From Lepidodermella squamata (taxonomy: Eukaryota > Animalia > Gastrotricha), in NCBI GenBank assembly GCA_047495785.1, contig JBLDXI010000013.1, forward strand, positions 1,178,001 through 1,242,000: DNA of 64,000 nucleotides. The letters are read 5' to 3'. Position numbers and translations under genes: made by a program. The notes under the pieces are model-generated. The model was not told the origin of the DNA, made no database searches, and saw only the letters and a program-made list of their open reading frames with translations. This document shows, piece by piece, positions 12,783 through 26,260 of the stretch (positions are counted from its first letter, which is position 1; each line of letters starts with the position of its first letter).

Positions 12783-15700
12783 TCAAGTCTTGAAACTTCT
12801 TATAAAAGTGGACAGAATAGATTGGAAAATAACTGCCAGCCGCGACTGAAAGGTACCCGTTTCAGCATTCTTGCTTCCATCAATCTGCTGCTCGTCTTCT
12901 TGAACTGTCATCATCTGCTCCAATTCGGAGAAAGAATAACGAATAGATTTCCCCTTGCTTTGGTCGTAGTAAGAATAGATGCGGGCTAATGGGCGTTCAA
13001 CATTTGAAACTTCTGATTTCAGATTAAGACGGGCCGTAAAGCAAGTAGGTGACGAAAGTTCGTCGAAGTAGAACACAATTTTACGATCTCTGCCACCAAG
13101 CTCAACACGCTTCAAAGGACTCGTAGCTTTCAATGGGTTCAAAGTTTTGGTAGCTTCTAGATCTGCCGCAAACCCGGTAGGCACGTCTAGTTCGACAACA
13201 ACCATTCCGGATCGAGCTGCAGATGTCAAAGCCTCGACGCAAGACTTCAGATTGGTGGATGAACCGGCAGGATCGGATGAACGTTTCTTTCTAGCGCCGA
13301 ACTCTTCAACAATTATAATTTTGTAATCCCCCGAATCCTTCACCTTGTTAGCTTTCATGTTGTACCGCATCGCCAGTTGTACTATGCCGACACCTGTGCC
13401 GGAAACAGTCAAATCAACAGATTTCAGCGATTGTCTTGAGCGCGGCAGATCGAATGATTGAAGCAGAATTGCATTTGACGGAATCAATAGAAAATCTTTA
13501 AGAAGGCTTTGACCTCGATCGCCATAATTCATGGTGGCCGATACCCTCAAGTTCTGATTCAGTCCGCTGACTTTCGATGCGAACTCACTCAGAGCTTGAA
13601 GACCAACGACTGTATCTTGGGTTGATGAAAATCCACCCAAGGAATTACGTTGTGACATGAGCCATCTAGCGACTAGAACAGCCTCTTCCATCCAGTCATG
13701 ATTCACCAGAGCTAGAAGGGCGTAGGCAGCGGTTTCTATCCGGCCTTGACTTTTGCCACCGGGCCAGAACTTGGCATTATCTTCTAGGGTCGCCGAAGCT
13801 AACAAACGGTTCAAGATCTCAATTGAATGACCCTTGTCATCCGCTCGAAGAGACAAGGCGTAGGAGATCAAAGCCATTTGGTAGGCATCATTGTTGGTCT
13901 CATTTTGAGTCTGCTCAATAAGCACACCGCGGGTCGAATCTAACGAGCTCCACGCTGATGATTCTCTTCTATCAGATTCGGCAAAAGTAGTGTAGATATA
14001 AGCCGCCAAATTGATGCGACTATTAGCCCGACCCTTCATGTCGTGGTGAATAACACGGCCCGATTCATGGAAAAATCCGTCGAGTAGGGCCTGCGTTTTA
14101 AGAAAATTCCATGCCCTATTCATCACGCTAACGTCAACCGACGTCTTCATATACTTTTCAGCGGCTTGGAAGCATCTGATCACAAAGGCTGTCAGCCAAG
14201 TCGATGAAGCTGGGTCATTTTCTCCAAAGGCACTGAACCCGCCGTCTTTTCGCTGGTAAGACAGTTCACGCTGATATCCCTTCAGGACAAACTCTGTCGT
14301 TTTCCCGGCAAGCTCATCACTCAAAGCGCCAACATCTTTCAGGTACTTGTAAATGAAGACATTCGGCGCCAGGGTGACCATGACTTGCTCACCGCAGCCT
14401 GTTGGAAGTCGAACTTGGTGACCTAATTCTGCGATTGCTGGGCCTAAAACATCGCCAGTTGCTTGAAGTTGAAAGAAGCGAGAACCATCCACAATGTGCG
14501 ACACTGGAGTAGCTCCAAACATCTCGCTGACATTGATCCTCACCGAAATAGGTGCTCGCGTCAAATCATCCTCTCGTTTGACGAAAATCGGATAGTTGGC
14601 ATAACGGACTTCGCCTTCAGGTTCGACCAAAATCTTCTTTTGCAAGGCATCTGAGACAGTTGGATCGTCCCGAGAAACTCCGTGAAGTTCTAGAGTTATT
14701 TCGCCAAGCTCTGTTGGCTTCACCCAGATAGTAAGCGACTCTCCCGAGTTCGGCTTGACATCGACATTCATTCGCAGCATAGTCGAAGCATAAGGCCGAT
14801 CGCTGTTCAAACGAACCTCAAAGTCGGGTGATTTTTTCAAGGTCAGTGTAACAGTTTGTGATGTGGTCTGGTAATTGAAGACAACAGCTTTGATGGCGAT
14901 CTCTTCATTCCTGATGACTGTGGCATATGGTATGTCAAGATTCACGAAGAATGGCTGGAACACGGTAAGTTCTGTTGGTTGTTGTAGCGCTCCGAAACCA
15001 TGCTGATCGCCGATCGCAAAAGCGCTGAGTACCCATGATGTCACGGTATCTGGGGCTTTGAATGCCTGTGAAAGCTCTGCGCTTCCAGTCGACATATTGG
15101 CAGTTGACCAAAACCATGTCTCCGGAAACAGACTGCGAACTGTAACAACCGGAGGCTCTGTCGACGACATTAGCTGCTTTGGCTGGGGGTCTGATGATTT
15201 CATTCTGGCAGCTATAACGGAGTCCATTACGGCAGCGGCTCCCTGACGCCCAGCCGACCATGGCGTCCTACCTCTCATTTCCGATGACAGATAGACAACA
15301 TGAAACTCCGGTTCCGGTGGTTTTGCGTCAGTGTGTGCGTTACTCGAGATGAACATGCCAACGCCCTATAAGAAATAATATATTTTGAAACAATTCTACA
15401 GCATGAATTCTTTACCTTGAAAACTGCTTCAGCGCTCGAGCTGTCAACGAAATATGGCCACCAGCCACAGCGCCAACATCGCCATAAAACAGGCCCCACG
15501 GGACGATGGCCGGTTGTCTGCTTGGTGCTCACCTTTCCAAGAACATCATCGATAGTGACATCATTGCCCGACCGTAACAACTTGACACTCTTGTCGACCG
15601 CAAACATAGCCACCGTCGATCCTGTATCATTTGTTCGAACTTTCAGTTCAGTCATGCCGCCTGGTCTGACTACGGCAGGATTGAACTCGGCTGTAACAGA

Positions 15701-17755
15701 TTGGCGGACCAAGCCGTCAACTTTGAATTCAAAAGCATCCGCCAAAACTTCATGGTGTTTGTTTTCGACCGTCCACGCAAGGGCAGCACACCTCGGCGCA
15801 GCGTCGAAAGGTAGCTGAACGTCAACAATAAACTCTGAACCTGAATTCATATTCTCGGGAAACATCAATTTTCGGTACTCAAATGTATGGCCATTCTGAG
15901 CCATCTGTGAATAAATTATTTAATATTTCAAAATATTTTCTGTTAATTATCAAATGCTTACCAGGAAATAGACGTAGTCGGTTGGGAAGCTGACTCTGAT
16001 TTTGAACTTGAGCTTTTCTCCGACCTTTAAAATGCAAGTAAGATCTATCATTAGAAACTTAAAATGTTGCAGTTTCCTTATACCTTGGGAACAGAATGCA
16101 GTAACTCTGACGGGCGATCCATTGATATGGAAACGGCTTGTTTGCTTCGAGAATGCGAAGGATAATTACGTGTTTCGCAGATTTGAACATCCGGAGCATC
16201 ACGAATGAAGGCTGAAAATACCAGTTTATTAGCTCCCAATGGTATGTTAAGATCCAATGAGACCACGCCGAATTCGTCAGACTGATAGATGCCATAGTTC
16301 TCTCGATAAGTATACGGCTGCCTAATGGACTGGCAGGTAGCTTCTGCAGTTGTCGAATAGTAGACAACTACATCAAGTCTTTCCTGAACCGGGGTTTCGT
16401 CAGGGTAGGTCACTTGGAGACGAAGCGGGAACAACATTCCGGGTTTTATCGATTTGGCAACTGAATCGTGAACTTTTAGTTTGTAGGGTTCACGGTGCAT
16501 GGCAACGGCTACGTTGTCCACAGTTGATGCCTCACCAGTCAAATCTTCGGTGACGCTAGCCTTGAAAACTAAATGGCAAGTATCACGCTTCATTTCTCCG
16601 TTATTGTTGTTGTAATTTGTTGTAAACAGAGCTTTGTTCAACCCGGCTAGATGGAATCTTCCATCTTCTGGAGAACCATCTCCCTTGAGCAGGACATTGA
16701 CTTCGAGCAAAGGAGAGAAAACAGCTTTCTCGTCCCGCCATTCGCCGGGATATCGCCCGCGAAGATTGCAATCTCGAAGTAAAGATACAGTCGCGTTACC
16801 GCGAATCGGTTTCCCAAATGTGTACTTAGCTCGGACAAACCCTTGGTAATTCGACTCATTTTTCGAATAAAGCAAGTAGCCCTTCGGGAAATCCAACACA
16901 GCCTCATACTTTGGTAGCACGTACTGCTGAACTAGGAAAATTTTCTCAGTTGATGAATTTTGCCTGTTGACAGTTATTTTCCACTCGCCGAAGTTGACAA
17001 AATCTGACAGATTGAACTCATCGCCGAACAATCCACGTTGCAGTGCTTTGTCCTGCCATATGCTGATCTTATTGTTTTTCGCATCAGTAATTGTCACAGT
17101 TATCCGCCCATTTAGTGGCTGCAGTTCGCGATCAAGCGCTAAAATTCGAAAATACACCTTCTGACTCGGCTTGTACATGACTTTATCGGTTTGGATGAAG
17201 ATAAATTCTTCGAGGAGAGATTGCGGAAGAGCTGATATATCCTTCTCTTTGCTTAGCCCTTGGGTGAAACTGATGGAAACCTTTGGAGAAGCGATTGATC
17301 GTCCTGCAAGATCTTTCATCGAAAAGAAATGCTTCTGAAGCCCGTCTGGATAAATAATAGGAGTTAAGGTGGAAAGTGGAAAGGTAAGTATCAGGTCTCG
17401 TGAAATCTTACGCGAAGATTGGATGAAAGTTTTGCTTGCGATGGTTTCACCATTGTTATTTTCGATTAGTTTTGCAGTGAAAGTCACCGGGAGATTGTAC
17501 TCCCCAGATTCGAATAGAACAAGGTTAAATTCGAAATCCTTGGATTTCCTCGTGAAAGCTGGAAAGGTTACAACGTATCTATACAGATAACAGAACTTCA
17601 AGGTATTTATCACACTCTGGAGAGGGACAATATTACTTGACTGGCTCGCTCGGCTGGTACGGATATCGAGGAGGTCTGATCGGTGGAAGCCAAATCGATG
17701 TACCCAAACAATCAGCAAATATTACGGATAACACAAACAAATTTAGAAGAGACAT
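12783..17755 (-). CDS. Thioester-containing protein, alpha-2-macroglobulin family (CD109/iTEP-like)
   Basis: Signal peptide from ATG at 17755 (MSLLNLFVLSVIFADCLG); FIQTDKVMYKP; QYVLPKYE; AVDKSV; FPETW; thioester GCGEQ (~14385-14399); GGFSSTQDTVVGLQAL; receptor-binding domain SGMVVVELDVPTGF; moderately hydrophobic C-terminus. Confidence 0.95.
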
Positions 17756-18171
17756 GTTTCCCGTATTTCAGTATAATAAAATGTTCGAATGTTTGAACTA
17801 GCTCAGGCCTATTTATCTGTCGAGTTTTTTTCCAACTTAGCGTTCCGCTCTGATGTAGTCAGCTGATGCGTAATCTGAATAATTTACTCGATCGAATACC
17901 GCTTGATGAAAACGGATACCTAATTTCTGAGTAAGCTTTGTTTTTTTAATTGAAACTGTTTACCATCCATTAATTAATTACATGCTGTAGATATGTATGC
18001 GGGATCATGACCTTTATAGCAGTCGAAGCCAACGAAAAATTATACCGTGTTATACATTCACCTGACAACTCGGACTTTGATACTATCTACTGCTGGATTT
18101 AAGAGCTTTCGGCATCTGAAAATTCATTGGTTTACTTGACCGAGTTTCATTTGCGAAATTTTGCCCAAAAT

Positions 18172-18976
18172 CCCGAACGAAAATGGCCTGACTGGTTTTA
18201 GATAATTATTGACCGTATGGATGTTTTAACGATGTTTATAGACCAAGTCGTCCCAAAAATACGTTAGCTTGAGGTTGCTATGACGTTTTTAGCTAATAAA
18301 GCGCAACAGTCTAAACGGGTCGGAATAACTGCTAGCCCTTTTTGTTAATGGATCAAAGTTTTGGCGACTTTCGCAGACCCCATTTTTTGCGATGCCTTTT
18401 TCTACGACCTTTCTGCCAATTAGCTCTCGAGGCACGCGCGATATTTCTCGACTTGGTGGGTGCGCTTGACATAAAATGGAAATTTCTTGAACTTTATTTG
18501 GAATTGTCTGAAAACTTCCACGACAGCTTTCTAGTAAAATGAACATCTAGAAATATCCATAAAAAGTCGAACACCCGAAAGCCTAGTAAGGTCAAAAAAA
18601 TGCTGGAAATGATTATCTGGAAACCTCTAAAACATGTCAAGCCCTGTATCCAGGACATTGGACTTGGCAAAAATCACCAAGTCTAAAGTACAACTTATTT
18701 ATAAACCAATTGAAACAATAATAATCATGTGATAGCTGGTGGCGTAGTGGGTGAGGTGGTGGACTGAGTCTTCGAGGTCACAGGTTCAATCCTCATCAGC
18801 AACACTTTTTTAATTAAAGTTTAAATTATACCCCTGACATTACTCTGACATTTCTAGGTATTAACTTGGCTAGAGGTTCTGCAGACGTTTACTGACAATT
18901 CCAAATAAACGTCTAGAAAACATCGAAACGTAAATACCTAAAAACATCTAGAAAAGTCAGCAAATTTTCGTTCGGG
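18172..18976. mobile_element. Non-autonomous DNA transposon (MITE-like, CCC termini, CACTA/EnSpm-like)
   Basis: TIRs CCCGAACGAAAAT..CTGACT / AGTCAG..ATTTTCGTTCGGG, AT on both flanks (possible 2-bp TSD), internal inverted repeat TTTATTTGGAATTGTC (~18493) / GACAATTCCAAATAAA (~18894), repeated (A)TCTAGAAA motifs. Confidence 0.7.
18733..18811 (+). pseudogene. tRNA-like Pol III unit (tRNA pseudogene or SINE head)
   Basis: A-box TGGCGTAGTGG (18740-18750), B-box GGTTCAATCC, GCTGG..TCAGC acceptor-like pairing, then a T-run terminator. The T-stem and anticodon arm are imperfect, so no isotype is assigned. Confidence 0.6.
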
Positions 18977-19516
18977 ATTTGCACGTTCCACAACACTTTT
19001 AAGGATGAATCATCGTCCTAGTTTTTTACCAGAAGATTTGTCATTCTTGCGGAGACCCTACGACGCGGCCACACCTGTCTGGATTCACGATTTTACAACG
19101 GGGAAATTAATCTGGTATAATATATTTCATACAGGAGATCGTAATATATAGCCTATATCCAAGCCGTTCAACTGAGCAGGTTAAATAATAATAATATGAC
19201 ATGCGACGAAAAACTTTTATGACGGCGAAGCATCAAATGTGCTTATGCGGCAACTAGTCACCATATAGTTAAGTTAATAGTGACAAATTTCGCCGTCACG
19301 TTTGTAGCGACCACCTCCATATTCTCGCATCATATACAATGAAAAAAACGTCTCTTTCTCTTCAGGTAAACCTGTACACGAATCTACGTAAAACGTTGAT
19401 GCACGCTGCAGTGGTAGATGATTAATATTATTACATCAATGTCGATGCTGAAAAATCATTTTTTGTCAAGTCATTTTAAACAAATTTATTGAGATTAATT
19501 TCATATCCGGAATCTG

Positions 19517-20350
19517 ATGGGCTGCTGTATAACTGTGATCAAAAGTCCGCCTGCCGCCAGTGGTTATGAGAATCAAGCCGATGAGCAACAGGGATCTTCA
19601 ACCCCGAGTGGATGCTCTTCGCGATCAGCCTACTGCTTCTTCGTAACTTTCATTGACGCCAAACACGAGGAATCGGGTGTTTTAGAGATTAAACCGGACG
19701 AAATCGTTTTCAAAAGCCGCGCTGGTCGCCATGATCGTTTCTGGCCGTTATCTTCGTTGAGGCAGTTTGGCTGTAACGATGTCCAACTTACATTCGAAAG
19801 TAACCATGAATGTGAACCCGGCAAAGCAAATCTCGTTCACTTCAAAACAAAGTATCCGGAACTTTTGCTTCAATCTATCAGGTACTTAATCTTGACTTAG
19901 TCTGGTTTGGCTAATTACAAATATCTTTATTTCAGGCGACAGATGGAGAGCCAAATCGATCGAACAAGCCGTCACTCGAATGCCTTTGCCGAGGAAGAAA
20001 ATGACTACCATGAAGTCATCCGTTCCCCATCAGTCTCCTATCGGAATGCAGGTTTCAACGAATGTGATGAGTTACCCGCTTCACCTAAGTTACCGCAATT
20101 ACCGCGCCAAGATTACGCAGACCTTGTCGACGCTTGTGCCGAGGTAAAAAGGCAGAGTCAAAGCCAAGCGAGACCCGCCTCAGTCACCTCCATGTCGTCT
20201 TCGACCAATTCAAGCTCGAGCATGAAGCCCCTCGGTTACAGCAAAGTCGATATCACGAAGACCTTGGCAATACGAGCCGCGATGTTGCTTACCAGGAATC
20301 ACGTCCGGGATCGGAGAAGTAACACTGCACCCAGCAGCCCCAAGTTTTGA
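19517..20350 (+). CDS. FRS2: FRS2/3-like adaptor (N-myristoylated IRS-type PTB domain)
   Basis: MGCC N-terminus; PTB motif WPLSSLRQFG...FES..C.PG (cf. FRS2 WPYLCLRRYG..FESGRRC); Tyr motifs YHEV, YRNA, YADL; C-terminal YSKVDITKTLA resembles FRS2 YAVIDIERTAA. One intron ~19882-19936. Confidence 0.72.
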
Positions 20351-20459
20351 ATAATATATAAAAGGAAATAACGCCCGCAGCTCTTTCGATATTTTCATGT
20401 TGATTTCATACGTTGCTCAAAGCAAACAATAACAAAATGTTCAGTAAAGTCGCAATTTA

Positions 20460-21823
20460 TTACCTTCTAGAATTTTGACTCAATGCAAGAGAATATCTGT
20501 TGTAACTCATGTTGTTTTTGTAATCTTTATCCACCCAGTAGGATCCTTTTTCCTTAGCGATCAGCCGCGTGAAGACGCAGGTCGAAATGAAATTTCCGAT
20601 AAGAACAAGCGCTGTTAGAACGGCAAAGCAGAAAAATACGGTGAATAGACGATCGAAATCTTCAGCGATGACTCGACGACAATTACGGGATTGCAACTCT
20701 TTCGACGGGGGCCATTCGATTGCCCAATCGCTGTAGGTTTTCAGTCCGCACCATTTTTCGGCTGGCCAGTAAGTATCAAGCAAATAGCCGCTCGATTTCG
20801 ATGCATTCCTTGTAGTGGTCGAGCTGAATTTCGGGAGATGAGCTTCGCTGATAATCAACGAGGCTTCGAGGCCATGCAGCGTCAACTTTCGGCGATCGTC
20901 AGTGTTGGGTTTCGAGGGTGGATAAAAGCCAGTGCCTTCAATGAAGAAGCTAACTCCGCAGCAGTGGAACTGGAATATAAAAAAACGTAAACCGGGTTGA
21001 GGTTGAATAAAGCTATATTACTCTGTCCTGGAACTGGTTGAACAAATGGCCAGCGTAGTTGAGCTTCGGGAAATCTTCCTCTTCCTGGCTAGGCTCAAAT
21101 CTATTATTCAAAGTTCTGACTTCCTGGTGCAGATTCGTTATTGCCGTCGGCACGTTTTGTTTGAGCTGATAACAAAAAATGATCAATTCAATTTTTCCAA
21201 GCTCAAATGAATAAAATTGAAATTAGAAGCTATCTTCTATCAATAAATTCAAATTCCACATGTAAAAATCCTCACCTTCGTGAAAAGAGGCACTGATTGA
21301 ACTGTAAGGGTGATGCAGCTCAGAGCGCAAAGTGTCAGCAATACCAGGTACTGAAAGCATATACCGATTTAATGCAAAATATTCACAACTTCCCAGTAAC
21401 AGACCATTATTCTAGCAGCAAGACCGACTCGATGGCGCCAGCGACAGGAGATGATGAAACCAACAATGGCGCAGAAAAACAGCAAGGCGGCGGAAATAAC
21501 AGCGGCAGCCGCGGTTAATTTGGACATCAGAGCTACGTCATCGTTTGGAGAGGCGGTGTAGGATCTCAGCAGTAGTTTTGTCAGCAGGACGGTCTGAACT
21601 AAGAAATTTCCTCCTTCGATTTTTTCTAGGAAAAACTCAACGTAGACATCCAACAGGCCGAGTAAAATAGCCAAGAGCGTCACTCCGAGGAAGAAACTGA
21701 AAATCTGAAAGGGGTGGCTTTAGAATAATTACGACGATTATTGCCGGCGAATTTTACCAATAAAAATATATTGAAAACTGTTAAAATTGCTGATAAACAT
21801 TGCACGCGATTGCAGCAAGCCAT
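20460..21823 (-). CDS. Divergent tetraspanin (multi-exon)
   Basis: MACCNRVQCLSAILTVFNIFLL first exon, four TM segments, FHCCGVS at start of the last exon. Confidence 0.82.
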
Positions 21824-22866
21824 TTCATTGAAAACATATAAATTTTGCCTATAGGACGAGATAGAGCGGCCGCATCATTAAGGGTAATAAGTCATCTCAC
21901 ACATCGTTATCTTGATAGTGCGAAGCAAGAAAGGTGTAAGAAACGAGCAGTGCGCAGATGTGTGTAATAATTAGATTGAACTGAATGACCGAGCTATCTC
22001 TGCCCCAAAAAAATCATCAATCACTAGTTATTTTCGTACCAAAATGCCGGTTATCGATTTGAGGGAATGAAACGCATTGGAAATCATTCTCACTACTCTT
22101 CAAAGGTCATCTTCATACATTGCCCGAAGCTTAAAAATAATTGGTTTTCTGGGTAAAAAATCTAGCTGCATAACAACAAGATGATGATAAAAGAAACAAT
22201 GGTAAAATACCGAGAGTGATTTTTATGTATGGGTTGTTGCCACTCATGCATCGATATACACGCCGCGCAATATTGAAGTCAAATTACATGCTTGCTTTTT
22301 ATACCTTATTCCTTTATGTGGTCATCATCTCGTCCGAAAACAAATCATGATAATACACACCGATGAAGCATAACAGCCGATATTGCGGATATATATAACA
22401 CACTGCATAAATATATATAACGATACATTATTTTCAGGCTTATTCAGCGCCTCTCCCTTTATTTTTGTTGGCCTATATATTGATGATGAGGGCGTGAAGC
22501 AACTTGAAAAGTATACCCGCTTGATCAAAGCCATGTCTGCGAAGGAAAAAACCAAATACGCGCTAACGTAGTGTCGATCATAACCTAAAAGAAAAACAAT
22601 AGCTGCCTATATTATATCAATGATAAAGAATATAAATATGCGAATTCTGCGATGGTTTCGATTATAACCAACATTCTCGTGTACTCAAAAGGCAAAATTT
22701 TATTTCGAAAGAAAATAATCAAGCAAGCGGTTGAGTAGAAACGATATCTGGCTTAAAAAAGTCTCCTTAAAATTAAAGTGTGAATTTTTCATCACCGGAT
22801 TTCACCGTTTAAGTCGGTCACTCTTATTGCTTTAGAGGCCATTTTTTAAGGCTCGAATGATTGTTT

Positions 22867-24046
22867 TTACTTGCCAGCCTTCTCCTTAGCGATGATTTCC
22901 TGGCAAATAATGGCCAACTTATCGGCTTCAAGATCGCTGTAGTCCCGTTCCAGGTACTGCGGCTTGACGCTGTAATCGACACTGCGCTCGACAACAAGCA
23001 CGCGAGCTTCAGCAGTGACACGAGCAGCGTAAACCGCGGCGAAAATAAGGAGAAGCAGGAAGAAGGTGGTCGGGACACTGTAGATTTTAATAAATCCGTC
23101 AACTGTCATGTAGATGTTGTCAGTCACAGCCTGGGCACATCCGCCGCTGTAGGCCGGCTTTGCAAGGGTGCAATCCGGCTGTTTCGCGGCATCGCACGGC
23201 TGCATCATATGGGGCTGAACGGAGATATGACTGCAGGGGAAATTTGGCTGCCCGCGGCGTCCTAACTGACGACCATCTGGAAGGTATTTCGCCGAAAACC
23301 ATTCGACAAGCGACCACTCAGTCACACCACCGTCAACACCGCAGCACGAGTACTAAAAATTAACGCATATCTAGGTCAACTTTTTCAGGTTAAATTTGAC
23401 CTACTTGGCTCTGGACGTTTCTCATGAGTTGGCCGTACTCGTTAAGGGTTAATGTGCCAGGCTCGGCGCCATCCTCGACGGCAATTCGGCTCTGGACGGT
23501 GATCAGGCCCTGGCGAACTGAGCCTCCGAACCTATGGAGTGTTCCGATGGCGCCCAACAGGAAAATCAGATGCATGACGCCAGTGAAAGCAGCCAAGCCA
23601 GCGAACTAGTTCCAATAAAGAAAACGTACACATTTATTTGGCCTAATATCTCGGACTTACCCCTTTGGATGCTCGGACGCCGTGTTTGGTGCGGCAGCAA
23701 AGCAGGACGTAACAGAAAACAGTGGTGGCGATGCCGAGCAGGCCGTTGAGGACACCGAGTCCGAGACCCCCCTTGACAATATGTCCGCATCCGAAGGCCT
23801 TAGTCAAGATGTCGATGCGGTCAACCAAGTACGTGTTGTACGTAAACACGCCGCCCTGAGACCATTCGCCGTTCTTGACGCCAATCGAGGCTGCGATGGC
23901 GAAGTAAAAACAAGCGACTGCCAATATCTATCAGATCGCGGCAAAGATAATAACATTGTTTTCGGCTATATTTACTTGTTTACCATGGCAACAAAGTTGA
24001 TTCCAGCAAGAATCACGACGACCGACTGGGTTCCTCGACAACCCAT
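22867..24046 (-). CDS. Divergent tetraspanin (multi-exon)
   Basis: MGCRGTQSVVVILAGINFVAM; TM segments; YSCCGVDGVTEW; PNFPC..PC..PDC..GC loop. Confidence 0.86.
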
Positions 24047-25077
24047 TATTTTTAGTTTAATAAATCTCTGAAAAATACAAATTTATTGGCAAATAGAACA
24101 CCTGGAAATTTCATAATTATATATTATTCACAATCATAATAATATTCAGAAATGATTCGCAATTTTTACTGAAAAACAAGGAGCTGTAAACTGTTTTACC
24201 AAAATGAGAATATACTTCAGGTTAATCAGGTACGTCTTGTAATTGGCTTGTAATACCTATGAATCACTTCTGAATTTGTCATTTTCCCTAATTATGAATA
24301 ATTACTTCAATAATTAGAATCTCTCAACAATTTTATTAAAATTGTAGGCTGCATAACGAATTTTACATGTACGATTATCTCAAATATATGAACAAATTTA
24401 AGATTATATTAGGAAAAACTGGGTTGGAATCTGGGGTTGCGATTCTTGTGAGAAAGCTTGAAAAGCAGCCATCAAAAACAAAATCTTTGTAAACACATAC
24501 GACCACGAAATAGGGAGAAAGGAACGACAAAGCATGACATATCACGCCAAGTCTTTTGTTTTGGGTTTTCTTTAGAACCTTCTCGCCCCCTGCGCGTGGC
24601 GTCAGAACTAGGCATGCTCGTATAGCTAAACCCTGCTCAGGTAATCTGCATGCGTGTGTAAAAAAAAACATTCATTTGATCAAGCTGCAAGACGCAAAAC
24701 ATTGAACTTTTCGACCTCGTTCATGTGCTGCATGGTGAATTTTAAACAACGAAAGAAACTTGCGATTAGGTTTATGTTTACCTGAAGCAGTACGAGGGTC
24801 CATAAGTAGTTCTTTTTCGCGTCACTCTATGTAATTGATACCTCGTTGAGACTTGGAACAGATATTCGAGGTTTCGAGGTTTTAATTTTCAGTTTATTGT
24901 TAGCGTTAGCTTATTGGAAATATCTTGGGTTAATTTTTTAACAATTTTGCATAAAAAATGACTGCCAAAACATCGGGAAAATTATCAAATAATCAGAAAA
25001 AGTACTGATATCGCTCTTTGGAACCTAGTCAAAAGGTTCCAAGTCATTCGCGTCAGATAGGTTCGAAAGTAGAACGT

Positions 25078-26260
25078 CTACTTCCTGGCGTTTTGGCCGA
25101 AAATGGCCAACTTGTCAGCTTCAGCATTGCCGATATACTGTGATGACTTGACGCTGAAATCATCACTCCGTTCCATTGCGACAGCTCGGGCTTCGGCTGT
25201 AACACGTGAAGCGAAGATTGAGGCGAAAATCATCACAACTAGGAAGGCAACGGATGGAACCGTGTACATTTTGACCAAGGCGTCGATCGCGTGATAGATG
25301 TCATAAATCATCGCATCGTTACAGCCTGTCTTGAAAGCTGGCGGCTGTAAGGTACAGTCAGGCTGCCTAGTCGCATCACACGGCAATTTTTGTTCAGGCT
25401 TGATCCAAGAGCTGCTGCATGGGAAATTGGGGTATGTTCCGTTGGCGAAGGTTTTGCCCGTCGCGTTATATTTCGCTGCGAACCAATCTACACTTGACCA
25501 CTCGTTGTACTGAGCTGCCATCCAGTCCCACTCGGCCCACCCGGAAGAACCTTTCACGCCACAGCATTGGAACTAATGGAGAAATTTAGTTTCTCTGTAT
25601 CAAAAAATAATGATGCTCACCTCGGACTGAATGTTTTTCAATAAATAGCCGTAGTCGTTCAATTTCCAATCAACAGCCTCCATATCTACCTTGACATCGA
25701 TGCGGTTTTGAATTTCAATCAGGCGAGGAGCAATCGAGGTGGTATAATTGCTCCAAACACCGACTGCAGCGATGACGACGATAACATGCATAAAAAATGT
25801 TGCCGCAGAAAGTCCAGCGAGCTTTCATTTCATTATTTGCATAAGTAATTCTCAAATTATTTAAAGGGTAAGGCTTACCACTCGCGAAAGCCGGACGCCA
25901 TTTTTAACGCGACAGCAAAGCAAAGCGTAGCATAGAACGCAAGTGGTGATACCAAGGAAGGCATTCATCAAGCCTAAGGCTAGGCCTCCTCTGACTGCAT
26001 GGCTCAGCATGCCGCCCATTCGTTCGACAAGGAACAGTTTATAAGTGTACACGTACGCGTTGGTATACGTGCCTTGCGCGACTCCGATTGAAGCGGCTAA
26101 GAAAGCGTATAAGCTCCCGATTGCCAGGATCTTTCGAACAAAATATGTTTGTTTTATTGGAAATATCAGAGATTCGAGATGGATGAAAGCATACCATCGC
26201 GACGGTTGCGGCTCCAGCTAGCATAACAACTACCGATTGGGTACATCGGCACGACGTCAT
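25078..26260 (-). CDS. Divergent tetraspanin (multi-exon), paralog
   Basis: MTSCRCTQSVVVMLAGAATVAM; FQCCGVKG; PNFPC..PC..PDC..GC. Same exon layout as 22867 gene. Confidence 0.86.

Noticed and set aside
18733-18803. Functional tRNA gene
   Set aside because: The T-stem and anticodon stem do not pair canonically; kept only as tRNA-like.
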